A stretch of 63,112 nt of DNA, the filler included, from Octopus bimaculoides (lineage: Eukaryota), in NCBI RefSeq assembly GCF_001194135.2. It is 8 parts of 8 records of this genome, joined end to end, with 100 filler letters (N's around TTAATTAATTAA, not from the genome) between each part and the next. Parts side by side here need not be neighbours in the genome. Positions count along the whole stretch, not along the records: positions 52,214 to 58,135 come from NC_068991.1; positions 58,236 to 63,112 come from NC_068994.1; 6 more parts are not named here. One strand, 5' to 3'. Position numbers and translations under genes: made by a program. Positions within the stretch are counted from its first letter, which is position 1. Each line of letters opens with the position of its first letter. Below the pieces are notes generated by a model, which saw only the letters and a list, made by a program, of their open reading frames with translations, was not told the DNA's origin and made no database searches. Shown here piece after piece: positions 52,266 through 63,112 of this stretch.

Positions 52266-53198
52266 GAAGAAGAGCACTCCGAGAGCGCAAACCTCCGCCA
52301 AGGCAACACCAACGTCCTCTCAACGATTAACCAAAGAGGGTTTTTTTAAATGAAAATATCTGAAATAAACTCGACTGCTCTCACAGACGAAAATACTAAA
52401 AATGAACTCGACCACTTTCAAAAATTAAGTAAAAAAAGACGGGAAAATAATCCAGAATCCTTGTCCGGTACTTGATCAATCCCAATGCTAGTCATGGAAT
52501 GTGAAGGTGTCTGTAGAAAATTTAGCAACAGTAATAAATAAATAGTTTATCCTTATCTAATACAAGCCAAAGTTAACAAATTCACCATTCAAAATAGTTT
52601 CGAAGGCGGAGGTAACAATAAGTTCTACTCAGAAATGTTTAAATGAATAGCCTGAGACCTTTTGGTTTTCTTCTTCACTTAAATTCCGGCCTTCCTTTAG
52701 TATTCCTGTTGTTTTAGATCGATGTATAGATGTATGTATATATGTAAGTATACTGTAAAGTGTTAATATGTATGCATAATATATATATCATAAAAATATG
52801 TTAGTGTTATTTAATTTTTGAACAGTTTTGTTGCCGTTTGTTTATGTAGTTTGATTTCTTTATCCATCAGTTTCTACTAAGATAGAGACGCGTGTAAAAT
52901 TAATAATAGAGAAACGAAAAGAAAAATTTGGAAACAGCCTAAAGGGAGATAATTGAAAAAGACTTGAAAGTCAACGCAAGATCGTAATCATGTAAAGTAA
53001 ATATAACAAATAATCCAGAATCCTTGTCCATTACCGGATCGATCCCAAAATCTAATCAGTTCGTGCAAGTCACGAGGCCAAACATCCCTGAAAGTTTCAT
53101 CCGAGTCCATCCAGCGGATCTTGAGATATCTTGTCTACGGATAAACAAACAAACACGATTGAAAACAATAACTCCGCCGTCGCGAAGGCGGAGGTAAT
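52263..53198 (-). mobile_element. DINE-1/HINE-like element, interrupted or partly duplicated
   Basis: Reverse complement of 39886-40239; terminal hairpin CTCCGCCGTCGCGAAGGCGGAG; TCCAGAATCCTTGTCC occurs twice around about 500 bp of AT-rich insert. Confidence 0.6.
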
Positions 53199-53339
53199 GA
53201 TTACTTTTTTAGTCACAGCGGATTAGATGAAGGGGGCATCACAAGGGCAGAAAACAATTTCTGTAGGGATTTACATAAAGGATGTGGAGAACGAAATGGA
53301 AAAGACAGTGAAATACGATTCATGGTACACGAAATATGT

Positions 53340-53670
53340 GGTCATATAAATGATGCAGTCCTTCTGATACAGGAGAAACTCCAACTAGAGCCTGTCAAAG
53401 AACCCCACAGATCCAGGGTGACCCTGACCACGAAAGGTACGAGCCCTCTCTCCTACTCTCCAGTCTACAGGGGCATACTTAGAGCAGAGTCATTAACTCT
53501 AACCATTTTTGCCAGTCATCTATCGTTTCACAGGTTCACCGGGAGGTAGCATTTCCCTCTCTACCATCACTAGCAGAAGTCGATGAGAGCTTCACCGAAG
53601 AGGAAAGTATCTTCCTTCAGTCCTTTCAACCTCGTCCACCACACTGCTTCTTTCGCCATAGCCACTAGGC
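53340..53670 (-). mobile_element. Tx1/L1-clade 3' fragment, same family as 58.6-62.6 kb
   Basis: Reverse complement GTGGCTATGGCGAAAGAA..GTG.TGG..G.CG..TGAAAGG.CT...ACTTTCCTC..CGGTGAA.CTCTCATC aligns to 62332-62425. Confidence 0.8.
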
Positions 53671-54124
53671 AGAGGAACACCACCTAGTAGTAGTAGTTGT
53701 AGTAATTCTAGTTTTCTACTTTTTGCACAAGGCCAGCAGTTTTGAATGACGAGTGTAAGTCGAATATATCGACTCCATTACTTGGCTAGTTCTTTATTTT
53801 GTCGACCGCGGTGGGATGGAAGGTAAAGTTGACCTTAGCAAGACTTGAATTAAAAAAAAACGCAAAGAACCACCAGTTCATGCGAGCGTGTACATTGCTG
53901 GTAAGAATAAAGCTTATAAAATTAGTGGAGGAATTCGAAAGATTGTTTTGCTACAATAGCGGAACGTCTGTCATGTTTACAGTTACGAGTTCGAATCTCA
54001 CGGGCAACCTTCGACTGTCTTCTTCGAAGGTTTTTTTTTAAATCTAATATTTACACGCTCTTTTTTATAGCTTTATCTATTTCGAGTTTCACCATTAGAA
54101 ACGATATATTCTTTTATTGATTTA

Positions 54125-54510
54125 CTGTTTTACTTGTTTCAGTCATTTGACTGCGGCCAAGCTGGAGCACCGCCTTAAGGGGTTTTAGTTGAAGAAATCG
54201 ACCCCGGGACTTATTCATTATAAGCCTAATACTTATTCTGTCAGTCTATACTGCCGAACCGCTAACTGACGAGGACATAAACGTACCAGCATCGGTTGTC
54301 AAGCGATGGTGGTGGTGGGCAAACACAGACACAAAGACACACACACATATATATACGACGGGCTTTTTTCAGCTTTCGTCTACCAAATCTGCGCACAAGC
54401 TTTGGTCGGCCCGAGGTTACAGTAGAAGACATTTGCTCAAAGTGTCACGCAGTGGGACTGAACTCGGAGCCATGTGGTTGAGAAGCAAGCTTCTTACCAC
54501 ACAACCACGT
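54125..54510 (-). mobile_element. SINE family A copy
   Basis: Reverse complement of 27835-28225. Confidence 0.85.
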
Positions 54511-54718
54511 ACATGCATGCGTATAAGATAGAAAGGAAGTGGAATGTAAATTCACAATGGAAGATGTTTGCCTTCTAAAACATCCACACATCCACACACA
54601 GACATGTGCACTGATGCAAACAGAAACTTGCACATGTACATACAACTACATATATATATACCTGCACACACAGCTTCCATTATCTTGTCTTGTAGAATAA
54701 GTTGTTTATAGTCCTTAC

Positions 54719-54880
54719 CTCGCCGACATCCGTTTTACAGCGCACAGCGGCATTTTCTGGCAACGCCCGCTGCTACCTGCTATCGGTCGGCACCTAGCTT
54801 GGACCGCGCGGGGTGGGACAATGTCGAGCAGTATCCAATACTACCAGGCACCTACCAACCGGACACATCGGCCAACGAAC
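54719..54880 (-). other. GC/CpG-rich block with a consensus splice donor: candidate first exon
   Basis: ...ATGCCGCTGTGCGCTGTAAAACGGATGTCGGCGAG|GTAAGG; two in-frame ATGs at 54753 and 54729; composition contrasts sharply with the flanks. Confidence 0.4.
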
Positions 54881-55119
54881 TCTTTTTCTCTTCTCTTTCT
54901 TTGTTTAATGTTGATATTTCAAGTTACATAAACAAAAAGGTTACACGCCCTGATAAATACAACACACACACAACCTTACCTCCTCCCTCTACTCCCCCTC
55001 TTTTATTCTCTCTCTCTCTCTCTCTCTCTCTCGCACACTACTCTTACTTCCCTTCTCTCTTTGTATCTCCTCATCTTCCTCATCTTATCTTTTTCTTTCT
55101 TTGATTAATCTTCTGCTCT

Positions 55120-55233
55120 TTATTCTCTCTCTCTCAATTCTCTCCTTGTTTTTTTCTTCCTCTCTCTCTCTCAATTCTCTCCTTGTTTTTTTCTTCCTCT
55201 CTCTCTCTCAATTCTCTCCTTGTTTTTTTCTTC

Positions 55234-55265
<32 letters not shown>

Positions 55266-55985
55266 TCTCTCTCTCAATTCTCTCTCTCTCAATTCTCTCT
55301 CTCTCAATTCTCTCTCTCTCAATTCTCTCTCTCTCTCTCAATTCTCTGTCTCTCTCTCTCTCTGTCTCTCTCAATTCTATCTCTCTCTGCCTCTCTCTCT
55401 GCCTCTCTCTCTGCCTCTCTCTCTCTCCCTCAATTCTCTCCCTCTCTCTCTCAATTCTCTCTCTCTCTCAATTCTCTCTCTCTCTCAATTCTCTCTCTCT
55501 CTCAATTCTCTCTCTCTCTNNNNNNNNNNNNNNNNNNNNNNNNNNNNNNNNNNNNNNNNNNNNNNNNNNNNNNNNNNNNNNNNNNNNNNNNNNNNNNNNN
55601 NNNNNNNNNNNNNNNNNNNNNNNNNNNNNNNNNNNNNNNNNNNNNNNNNNNNNNNNNNNNNNNNNNNNNNNNNNNNNNNNNNNNNNNNNNNNNNNNNNNN
55701 NNNNNNNNNNNNNNNNNNNNNNNNNNNNNNNNNNNNNNNNNNNNNNNNNNNNNNNNNNNNNNNNNNNNNNNNNNNNNNNNNNNNNNNNNNNNNNNNNNNN
55801 NNNNNNNNNNNNNNNNNNNNNNNNNNNNNNNNNNNNNNNNNNNNNNNNNNNNNNNNNNNNNNNNNNNNNNNNNNNNNNNNNNNNNNNNNNNNNNNNNNNN
55901 NNNNNNNNNNNNNNNNNNNNNNNNNNNNNNNNNNNNNNNNNNNNNNNNNNNNNNNNNNNNNNNNNNNNNNNNTCTCTCTCTCAAT

Positions 55986-56016
<31 letters not shown>

Positions 56017-56035
56017 TCTCTCTCTCTCTCTCTCA
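55120..56035. repeat. (CT)n-AATT compound satellite spanning a gap
   Basis: Repeating CTCTCTCTCTCAATT units. Confidence 0.95.
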
Positions 56036-56199
56036 CTCACACAACTCTTTTCCCTATCTCTCTCCCTCTCTTCCTCTCCCCCCTCCTTTCGTTCTTACAT
56101 CCGTGTTGTTGTTCTTGTTTTTTCTTTTTCATGTCCACGAAAATGATGTTGTTCATTTTCTTGTTATTTCCTCACCAGCAGCAATAGTTACTGTCGCTG

Positions 56200-56307
56200 C
56201 TTTCCCATTATTATTATTGTTATTGTTGCTGTTGCTGTCATTAATATGATGATGATGATGATGCTGATATTGGTGACAGTGGTGGCGGTGGAGTAATGAT
56301 GACGATA

Positions 56308-56344
<37 letters not shown>

Positions 56345-56485
56345 CGATGATGATGATGATGACGATGATGATGATGATGATGATGGTTATGATGATGGTA
56401 GTGATGGTGATGATGTGGATAGTATGGATGACGATGATGATAATGATGATACAAGTGGTAATGATGATGATGATGATGATGAGAA

Positions 56486-56516
<31 letters not shown>

Positions 56517-56780
56517 GGTGGTGCTGGCGATGCCATTGTCTGTTTCAGAACGTTATAACGAATACCTTTCAATTTCCTAAGGTCAGAATGGAATGTCAAG
56601 TTTTTCTTTGAAGATGCGCAGCTTTCATTGCCGTTGTTCTTGTTGTTGTTCTTCTTGTTGTTCCTGTTGTTTGTTGTTGTCGTTGTTATGGATGCTATTG
56701 ATGCTTTTACTGTGACTCTTACAATTGTTGTTGTTCTTGTGGTTGTAGCTGCTGTTGTCCTGTGTTGTTTACGTTGTTGA
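56200..56780. repeat. Cryptic (ATG)/(GTT) trinucleotide tract
   Basis: Read directly; source of the poly-M/H/S ORFs. Confidence 0.9.
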
Positions 56781-58098
56781 TTTGTTGACGAGGATGTTGG
56801 TGAAGGCAGGTTTTTTTTTTTTTTGCTGGCGGTTAGTCGTTGCAATATAGCTGTACACACACACACACGCATATACACAAATCCCACCACCACCACCACC
56901 ACCGCCGCCGCCGCCGCCNNNNNNNNNNNNNNNNNNNNNNNNNNNNNNNNNNNNNNNNNNNNNNNNNNNNNNNNNNNNNNNNNNNNNNNNNNNNNNNNNN
57001 NNNNNNNNNNNNNNNNNNNNNNNNNNNNNNNNNNNNNNNNNNNNNNNNNNNNNNNNNNNNNNNNNNNNNNNNNNNNNNNNNNNNNNNNNNNNNNNNNNNN
57101 NNNNNNNNNNNNNNNNNNNNNNNNNNNNNNNNNNNNNNNNNNNNNNNNNNTTCAAACTACACAACACACATCTGTAGCATCGAGAATATTATATCAGCCC
57201 CCGAAACTGGATGTCACTGTGCTGTTCCAAAGGTCCCAGCCATTCTATCTTAGAGTGACGACCATGTACTTACAATAGCTTGTGATTTTAGGGCTATTTA
57301 ATACCTTGCCAAAAACATCTGAGAGATCTATATGGGGTTGGTAGGGATAGATGCTTTCAAGAAACAGCTTGACCACCTGCTGACCAAGGTTTCAGATGGA
57401 CCTATATTATGGCAAGGAACAAAAGAGGCCAGTAGTAATGAACTCGTTTCGCCACCAAAAGCAAATAACGAAAGAACAGCCATTGAAAAGGTATTGATGC
57501 TGACAATGTTGCTAATGATGATGATAATGATGATGATGATAATAATATTGTGTTGCAGGTAATGATGATGATGACGATGATGATGATGGCCATGGTACAA
57601 GAAATAGCGAAAAAAAAGAGAGAAATGTTTTGGCGTTGTTAAATAATAACAACAACAACAAAGAATATTCCTTTACATTCTTCTATTAGAAATCTGTGAT
57701 GCTATTTACGCAAGCGAGTACATCTATGCTTGACTGAGGAGATCTTATAAGACGGAAAAACGCCCAGAGGTGTCAGCCGTATTTGTGAGGAATAATTAAA
57801 AATAACAATAAAGAATTATCAAAATGTTATATCAGGCATTGATTAATATTTCTTTTGATTCACTGCATAATTATTTCCAATTAATATTTCAATAGTAATT
57901 ATAATGAAGCATGAGATCTTTAAATTAACAATAATGCAGCACCTTAGTATATAAAAGGCCACCTTTATATTCACTGCCTTCTAAGAAACTTAACAGATGT
58001 AATAGCCGAAGTTTCTAAAGGATGCATCGATAGGTCTTTCTTGAGTCCCTTTTCAACCATCTGGAAAATTTTTAAATCAAGGAAGAGCAGCCTTCACT

Positions 58099-58135
<37 letters not shown>

Positions 58136-58396
58136 NNNNNNNNNNNNNNNNNNNNNNNNNNNNNNNNNNNNNNNNNNNNTTAATTAATTAANNNNNNNNN
58201 NNNNNNNNNNNNNNNNNNNNNNNNNNNNNNNNNNNAACCTCCCCATTTCTTGGGATTTAAAAAATTAAAAAAAATTTTTTTACATACCCCAAACGTTTTT
58301 CGATCGTTATCCCCATTTTTTCTCGTCACCTCGAAAAGAAAAACTCTACATTGTATTTGTCCCATCTATGTTGAGCCCTGTGTGGTTAATAAAGAA

Positions 58397-58398
<2 letters not shown>

Positions 58399-58453
<55 letters not shown>

Positions 58454-58490
58454 CCTACCTACCTACCTACATACCTACCTACCTACCTAC

Positions 58491-58548
<58 letters not shown>
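58399..58548. repeat. (TATC/TACC)n microsatellite
   Basis: Read directly. Confidence 0.97.
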
Positions 58549-58549
<1 letters not shown>

Positions 58550-58579
58550 GCGCTTCAAACTACCTGGATGTATAGAACG

Positions 58580-60440
58580 CGATGACAAGCTGCGCGAAAG
58601 ACAAGTCCCCGGGCTTGGATGGTCTGCCTTATGAGCTTTATTGACGTATGCCATACTTTTTTTTGTAGAACTCTTGGTAATAGTCTACTGCAACTGGCAG
58701 TAAAACGGGAGTATCCCCAGTTTTGTGAGCCGAGGAGCGGTGACACTGCTAAAGAAAGACCCAAACAAAGGGGACGTTATAGATAATTTTCGGCCCATCC
58801 CTCTGCTCAACGAAGATTTGAAGATTTTGGCTAAGGTGATACCCGAGAGGTTGTAATTGAGAAACTGGTCGACAAGGCGCAAACATGCGTCGTGCCGGGC
58901 AGGAGTATCCATGATAATCTCCATCTGATGCGCTACATCATAGATAGGGTAGTTAAGGAACGTAGCATGGGTGGGGCGCCGATCAATTTGGATCAATCGA
59001 AAGCTTTCGATTGGGTGGACCATCGTTATTTGGAGGCTCTCCTTAGGGCGGCTGGTTTCAGTCCCGTCTTCCGCGGTTGGATCGCGTGTTTGCATACGCA
59101 GACGATGTTACCGTCATAGTGTCGAGCCACAGGCGTATCAACCTGGTCAGCGAGGCAGTAAAAGAATACGAAGCGGTAACGGGAGCGAAAATTAATCTGG
59201 AAAAGTCAGTGGGCTTGCTGCTCGGCTCCTCGAGAAGCAAGCCCATGCCGTCCAACCGAGTCTCCATCTTGGGACACTGGACCGACGGACCGGTTAAATT
59301 AGTCGGGATCTGGTTCGGTCCAGACCTCCAAATAGAGAAGGACTGGGATGAGATAACGAGTAGAGTGGCCATCCTCACCCAGCAATGGACCGAAGGAAGC
59401 TATCTCTAAAAGGCCGGGCAGAGGTGGCGAATGCGTACATCGCATCCGTCATCTACTACCGTCTGACCGTCATACCTTGTCCCGACCTCACCATCACAAA
59501 ACCGGAGCGCATACTNNNNNNNNNNNNNNNNNNNNNNNNNNNNNNNNNNNNNNNNNNNNNNNNNNNNNNNNNNNNNNNNNNNNNNNNNNNNNNNNNNNNN
59601 NNNNNNNNNNNNNNNNNNNNNNNNNNNNNNNNNNNNNNNNNNNNNNNNNNNNNNNNNNNNNNNNNNNNNNNNNNNNNNNNNNNNNNNNNNNNNNNNNNNN
59701 NNNNNNNNNNNNNNNNNNNNNNNNNNNNNNNNNNNNNNNNNNNNNNNNNNNNNNNNNNNNNNNNNNNNNNNNNNNNNNNNNNNNNNNNNNNNNNNNNNNN
59801 NNNNNNNNNNNNNNNNNNNNNNNNNNNNNNNNNNNNNNNNNNNNNNNNNNNNNNNNNNNNNNNNNNNNNNNNNNNNNNNNNNNNNNNNNNNNNNNNNNNN
59901 NNNNNNNNNNNNNNNNNNNNNNNNNNNNNNNNNNNNNNNNNNNNNNNNNNNNNCTCTGGCCTGGCACTGCTACCGTGAAGCATTGCCCGTTCGGGATAAG
60001 CTCTACAGGCATGATTCAAGAAATACCGGACCCACTTGCCCGAGATGCGGTCAGAGCGACGAAACCATTCTGCACGCACTGGTACAATGTCCAAACATTT
60101 CAGACATGTGGGCTTACGTCGAATGGCTGCTGTCACGTGTGGAACGGAATCGACTGTTGGCCGAGTCTATCGTGAATATTGCCCCGCCACCTTCTTTTAA
60201 CCGGGAAGGAAAGGCAGTTTTCATTATACGGGTGGGTATGATGAAATAATGTGTGTGGTAGACTCGTGCGAAAAGTTTTAGAGACAAACACTTTCCTCTC
60301 TGGCCAACCTCACCTCACGTCAACTTCTCCAAGTATCACTCGAAGAGAAAGGTAAAAATAGAGAGGGAAGTTTTGTCAAATGAAAGATTCAGCAAAAGGA
60401 GGATGAATGTGGAACCACCTTGAGCATGAACCTATAAGAC
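58580..60440 (+). mobile_element. Tx1/L1-clade non-LTR retrotransposon copy 1 (5'-truncated, frameshifted ORF2)
   Basis: KSPGLDGLPYELY, NFRPI.LLNED.KILAK, GRSIHDNL, LDQSKAFD.VDH, YADD, KINLEKS; C-terminal CPRCGQSDETILHALVQCP zinc motif. Confidence 0.9.
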
Positions 60441-60504
60441 TTAGATAAGACACATAGGCAGGGTCCTGGGTACGGGAAACTAAACGCGTCTTTCCTGTCG
60501 AGAA

Positions 60505-62540
60505 CTCAGGGTGGACTTCAGGGCCTATCTTCACAGCCTGCCACGACTCTCGACAAGAGAGGCAAAATACTGCGAAGGTGCCATCACAGCAGCGGAAGTG
60601 CGGGACGCGATGGCAGAATGTTCGAGGGACAAATCGTCGGCTTTGGATGGTCTACCATACGAGCTTTACAGTTGTATGCCAGACTTCTTTGGAGACATCT
60701 TGTCAGCAGTGTACTGCAACTGGCATCAAAACGGGAGCATCCCCGGTTTTGTGAGACGAGGAGTCGTAACGCTGCGGAAGACAGATCCAAAAAAGAGGGG
60801 GACGTAATAGATAACTTTAGGCCTATCACTCTGCTCAATGCAGACTTGAAAAGATTGGCTAAGGTGTTAGCCAAGAGGTTGGCAATTGTCATCGAGAAAT
60901 TGGTCGACAGTGTGCACCGTTCCGGGCCGGAGCATCCATGACAACCTCCATCTGATACGCTATATCATAGTTAAGGAACCTGGTGAAGGAACCTGGCACG
61001 GGTGGGGCCCTGATGAATATGGATCAATCCAAAGTTTTCGATAGGTTAGAACATCGATACTTGGAGGCTGTGCTCATAGCGGCTGGTTTTGGTCCCATCT
61101 TCCACAGCTGGATAGCTGCTTTGTACAGAGGCATCCGTTCGGTAATTCGCGTAAATAGACATCTATCGAGACATTGTACGTTCGACATTGAACATGCGGT
61201 CCGTCAGGGATGCCCCCTCTCGTCGCTTCTATACGTATTGACTCTCGAGCCACTACTACGGAAGCTGGCGACGCTGAGGGGCATCCCGCGAGAATTGGGA
61301 TGCGGAACGAGCGTGTTTGCATACGCGGACGACGCCACCGTCATAGTGTCTAGCATGAAGCACATCGAGCTGGTCGGCGAGACACTGAAAGACTACGAAG
61401 CGTTAACAGGAGCGAAAATCAACCGGGAAAAGTCAGTGGGCTTGCGGCTCGGCACCTGGAGAAGCAAACCCATGCCGTCCACCAGCGCCTCCGTCGTGGG
61501 ACGCTGGACCGACGGTCCGGTCGAGTTGCTCGGGGTCTGGTTTGGTCTGGACCTCCAAACGGAGAAGAACTGGAACGAGATAACGAGTAGGGTGGTCACT
61601 CTCGCCCGGCAATGGGCCGAGAGGAAGCTGTCCCTAAAAGATCGGGCGGAGGTGAAAAACACGTACATTGCGTCTGTTATCTACTACCGCCTGACCGTCG
61701 TGCCTTGTCCTGACCCTACAATCATCAAANNNNNNNNNNNNNNNNNNNNNNNNNNNNNNNNNNNNNNNNNNNNNNNNNNNNNNNNNNNNNNNNNNNNNNN
61801 NNNNNNNNNNNNNNNNNNNNNNNNNNNNNNNNNNNNNNNNNNNNNNNNNNNNNNNNNNNNNNNNNNNNNNNNNNNNNNNNNNNNNNNNNNNNNNNNNNNN
61901 NNNNNNNNNNNNNNNNNNNNNNNNNNNNNNNNNNNNNNNNNNNNNNNNNNNNNNNNNNNNNNNNNNNNNNNNNNNNNNNNNNNNNNNNNNNNNNNNNNNN
62001 NNNNNNNNNNNNNNNNNNNNNNNNNNNNNNNNNNNNNNNNNNNNNNNNNNNNNNNNNNNNNTGGTAGTGCTATGGAGAAGCGCTACCCGTTCGAGATAAG
62101 CTCTACAGGCCTGGATCGAGAAACACGCGGCCGACCTGCCCGAGATGCGGTCAGAGCGACGAAACCTTTCTGCACGCACTCGTACAGTGTTCAACCATTT
62201 CCGACCTGTGGGCCTATGTCAAACGACTGCTATCGCGTGTGGGACGAGTCAGTTTATCAACCGAGTCTATCGTGAATATTGTCGCGCTTCCTTCCTCGAA
62301 ACGGGAAGGATGAGCCATTTTCATCGTACTTGTGGCTATGGCGAAAGAATGTGTATGGTGGATGCGTCTGAAAGGTCTAGAGACAAAGACTTTCCTCTCC
62401 GGTGAATCTCTCATCAGCTTCTGCAAGTATCACTTGAAGAGGAAGGTGAGAGTAGAGCGGGAAGTTTTGTCTAGTGAATGTTTCAAAAACAGATGGGTGA
62501 ATGTAGCAAGGATGGAACGTGTGAATGATGGAGCATAATC
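60505..62540 (+). mobile_element. Tx1/L1-clade non-LTR retrotransposon copy 2 (5'-truncated, frameshifted ORF2)
   Basis: EGAITAAEV..AM, LDGLPYELY, NFRPITLLNAD.K.LAK, MDQSKVFDR, VRQGCPLS.LLYVL.LEPLLRKL, YADD, KINREKSVGLRLGTW; head-to-tail with copy 1. Confidence 0.92.
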
Positions 62541-63112
62541 CCATGAACCAAAAAAAGAAAGGTAAAAGAGAGTCACTTACTGTAATGTGTTTTATGCATG
62601 ACATTATTGCTCGAGGTCACTGTGGTCGTTTCCGTAGTCTTTCCTTTCCACAGATAAACCTAATCTGTTTCTCCTTTTTACATTATGACATTCCTGTGAT
62701 ACACAATCCTTAATGATCGGCTTTTTTTCCCAGGATCCCTTTGATCGAAATTCTACCCCACCTTTTTTTTCTTCTTCTTCCCAAAAAGAAATGCTCTACT
62801 TTGTATTTTGTCCCCTCTGTGTTCAGCCCTGCGGTTACCGTGGTCTTTTCCGCAGGCGGATCTTTATGCTTTGACGGGAAACACTTGTTTTCTTAACGAA
62901 ACACTTTCAAACTTGGGACACTGGTAAAATGTGTCATATAAAACAACTTCTTCTCTTAACCTTCTTAACAAAAAATTGTACATCGCAAGTTATTTCATGT
63001 TAAAGTTGTCGTATTTCTGTAATTTCAACCATTCACTGACGTCTATTCAGCTGAATACAGTTAGTGCTGTTCGGTGTCAAGTGTGTTATTCCCTGTTTAA
63101 TTATATCATTAT

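Noticed and set aside
16802-58191. Identical TTAATTAATTAA 12-mer recurring seven times (16802, 21223, 26773, 36840, 49182, 52158, 58180)
   Set aside because: Each sits in the middle of an N gap (44 N + 12 + 44 N = 100 bp where counted) and has stops in all six frames. It is a scaffolding spacer, not biology.
59983-62713. Small ORFs on both strands in the 58.5-62.7 kb region as independent genes
   Set aside because: They are frameshifted fragments or antisense frames of the Tx1-like ORF2.

Overview
Eukaryotic draft-assembly DNA, not prokaryotic. It is AT-rich, dense in microsatellites and heavily gapped. The SINE/LINE repertoire resembles Octopus (cephalopod) as recalled; I could not verify this by search. 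Two genes are well supported. (1) A + strand multi-exon gene (CDS about 5941-13820, AATAAA at 13858) encodes an unidentified secreted protein of about 250 aa or more. It has a signal peptide, an acidic helical N-half, a Lys-Arg site and a His-rich amphipathic C-half, with no Cys outside the signal peptide. One internal exon is probably lost in an N gap. (2) MRPL54 (mitoribosomal mL54) lies on the - strand in two coding exons (34059-33942 and 31762-31509). A weaker candidate spliced orphan gene lies on the - strand at about 47.8-54.9 kb. The rest is decayed mobile DNA: R4/Dong-like RLE retrotransposons, a CRE-like remnant, RTE LINEs, a Penelope-like remnant, Tx1/L1-clade copies, Tc1 transposons, MITE- and HINE-like elements, and several SINE families. 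Exon coordinates were read by hand; repeat boundaries are approximate. No CRISPR array, rRNA or bona fide tRNA gene is supported.
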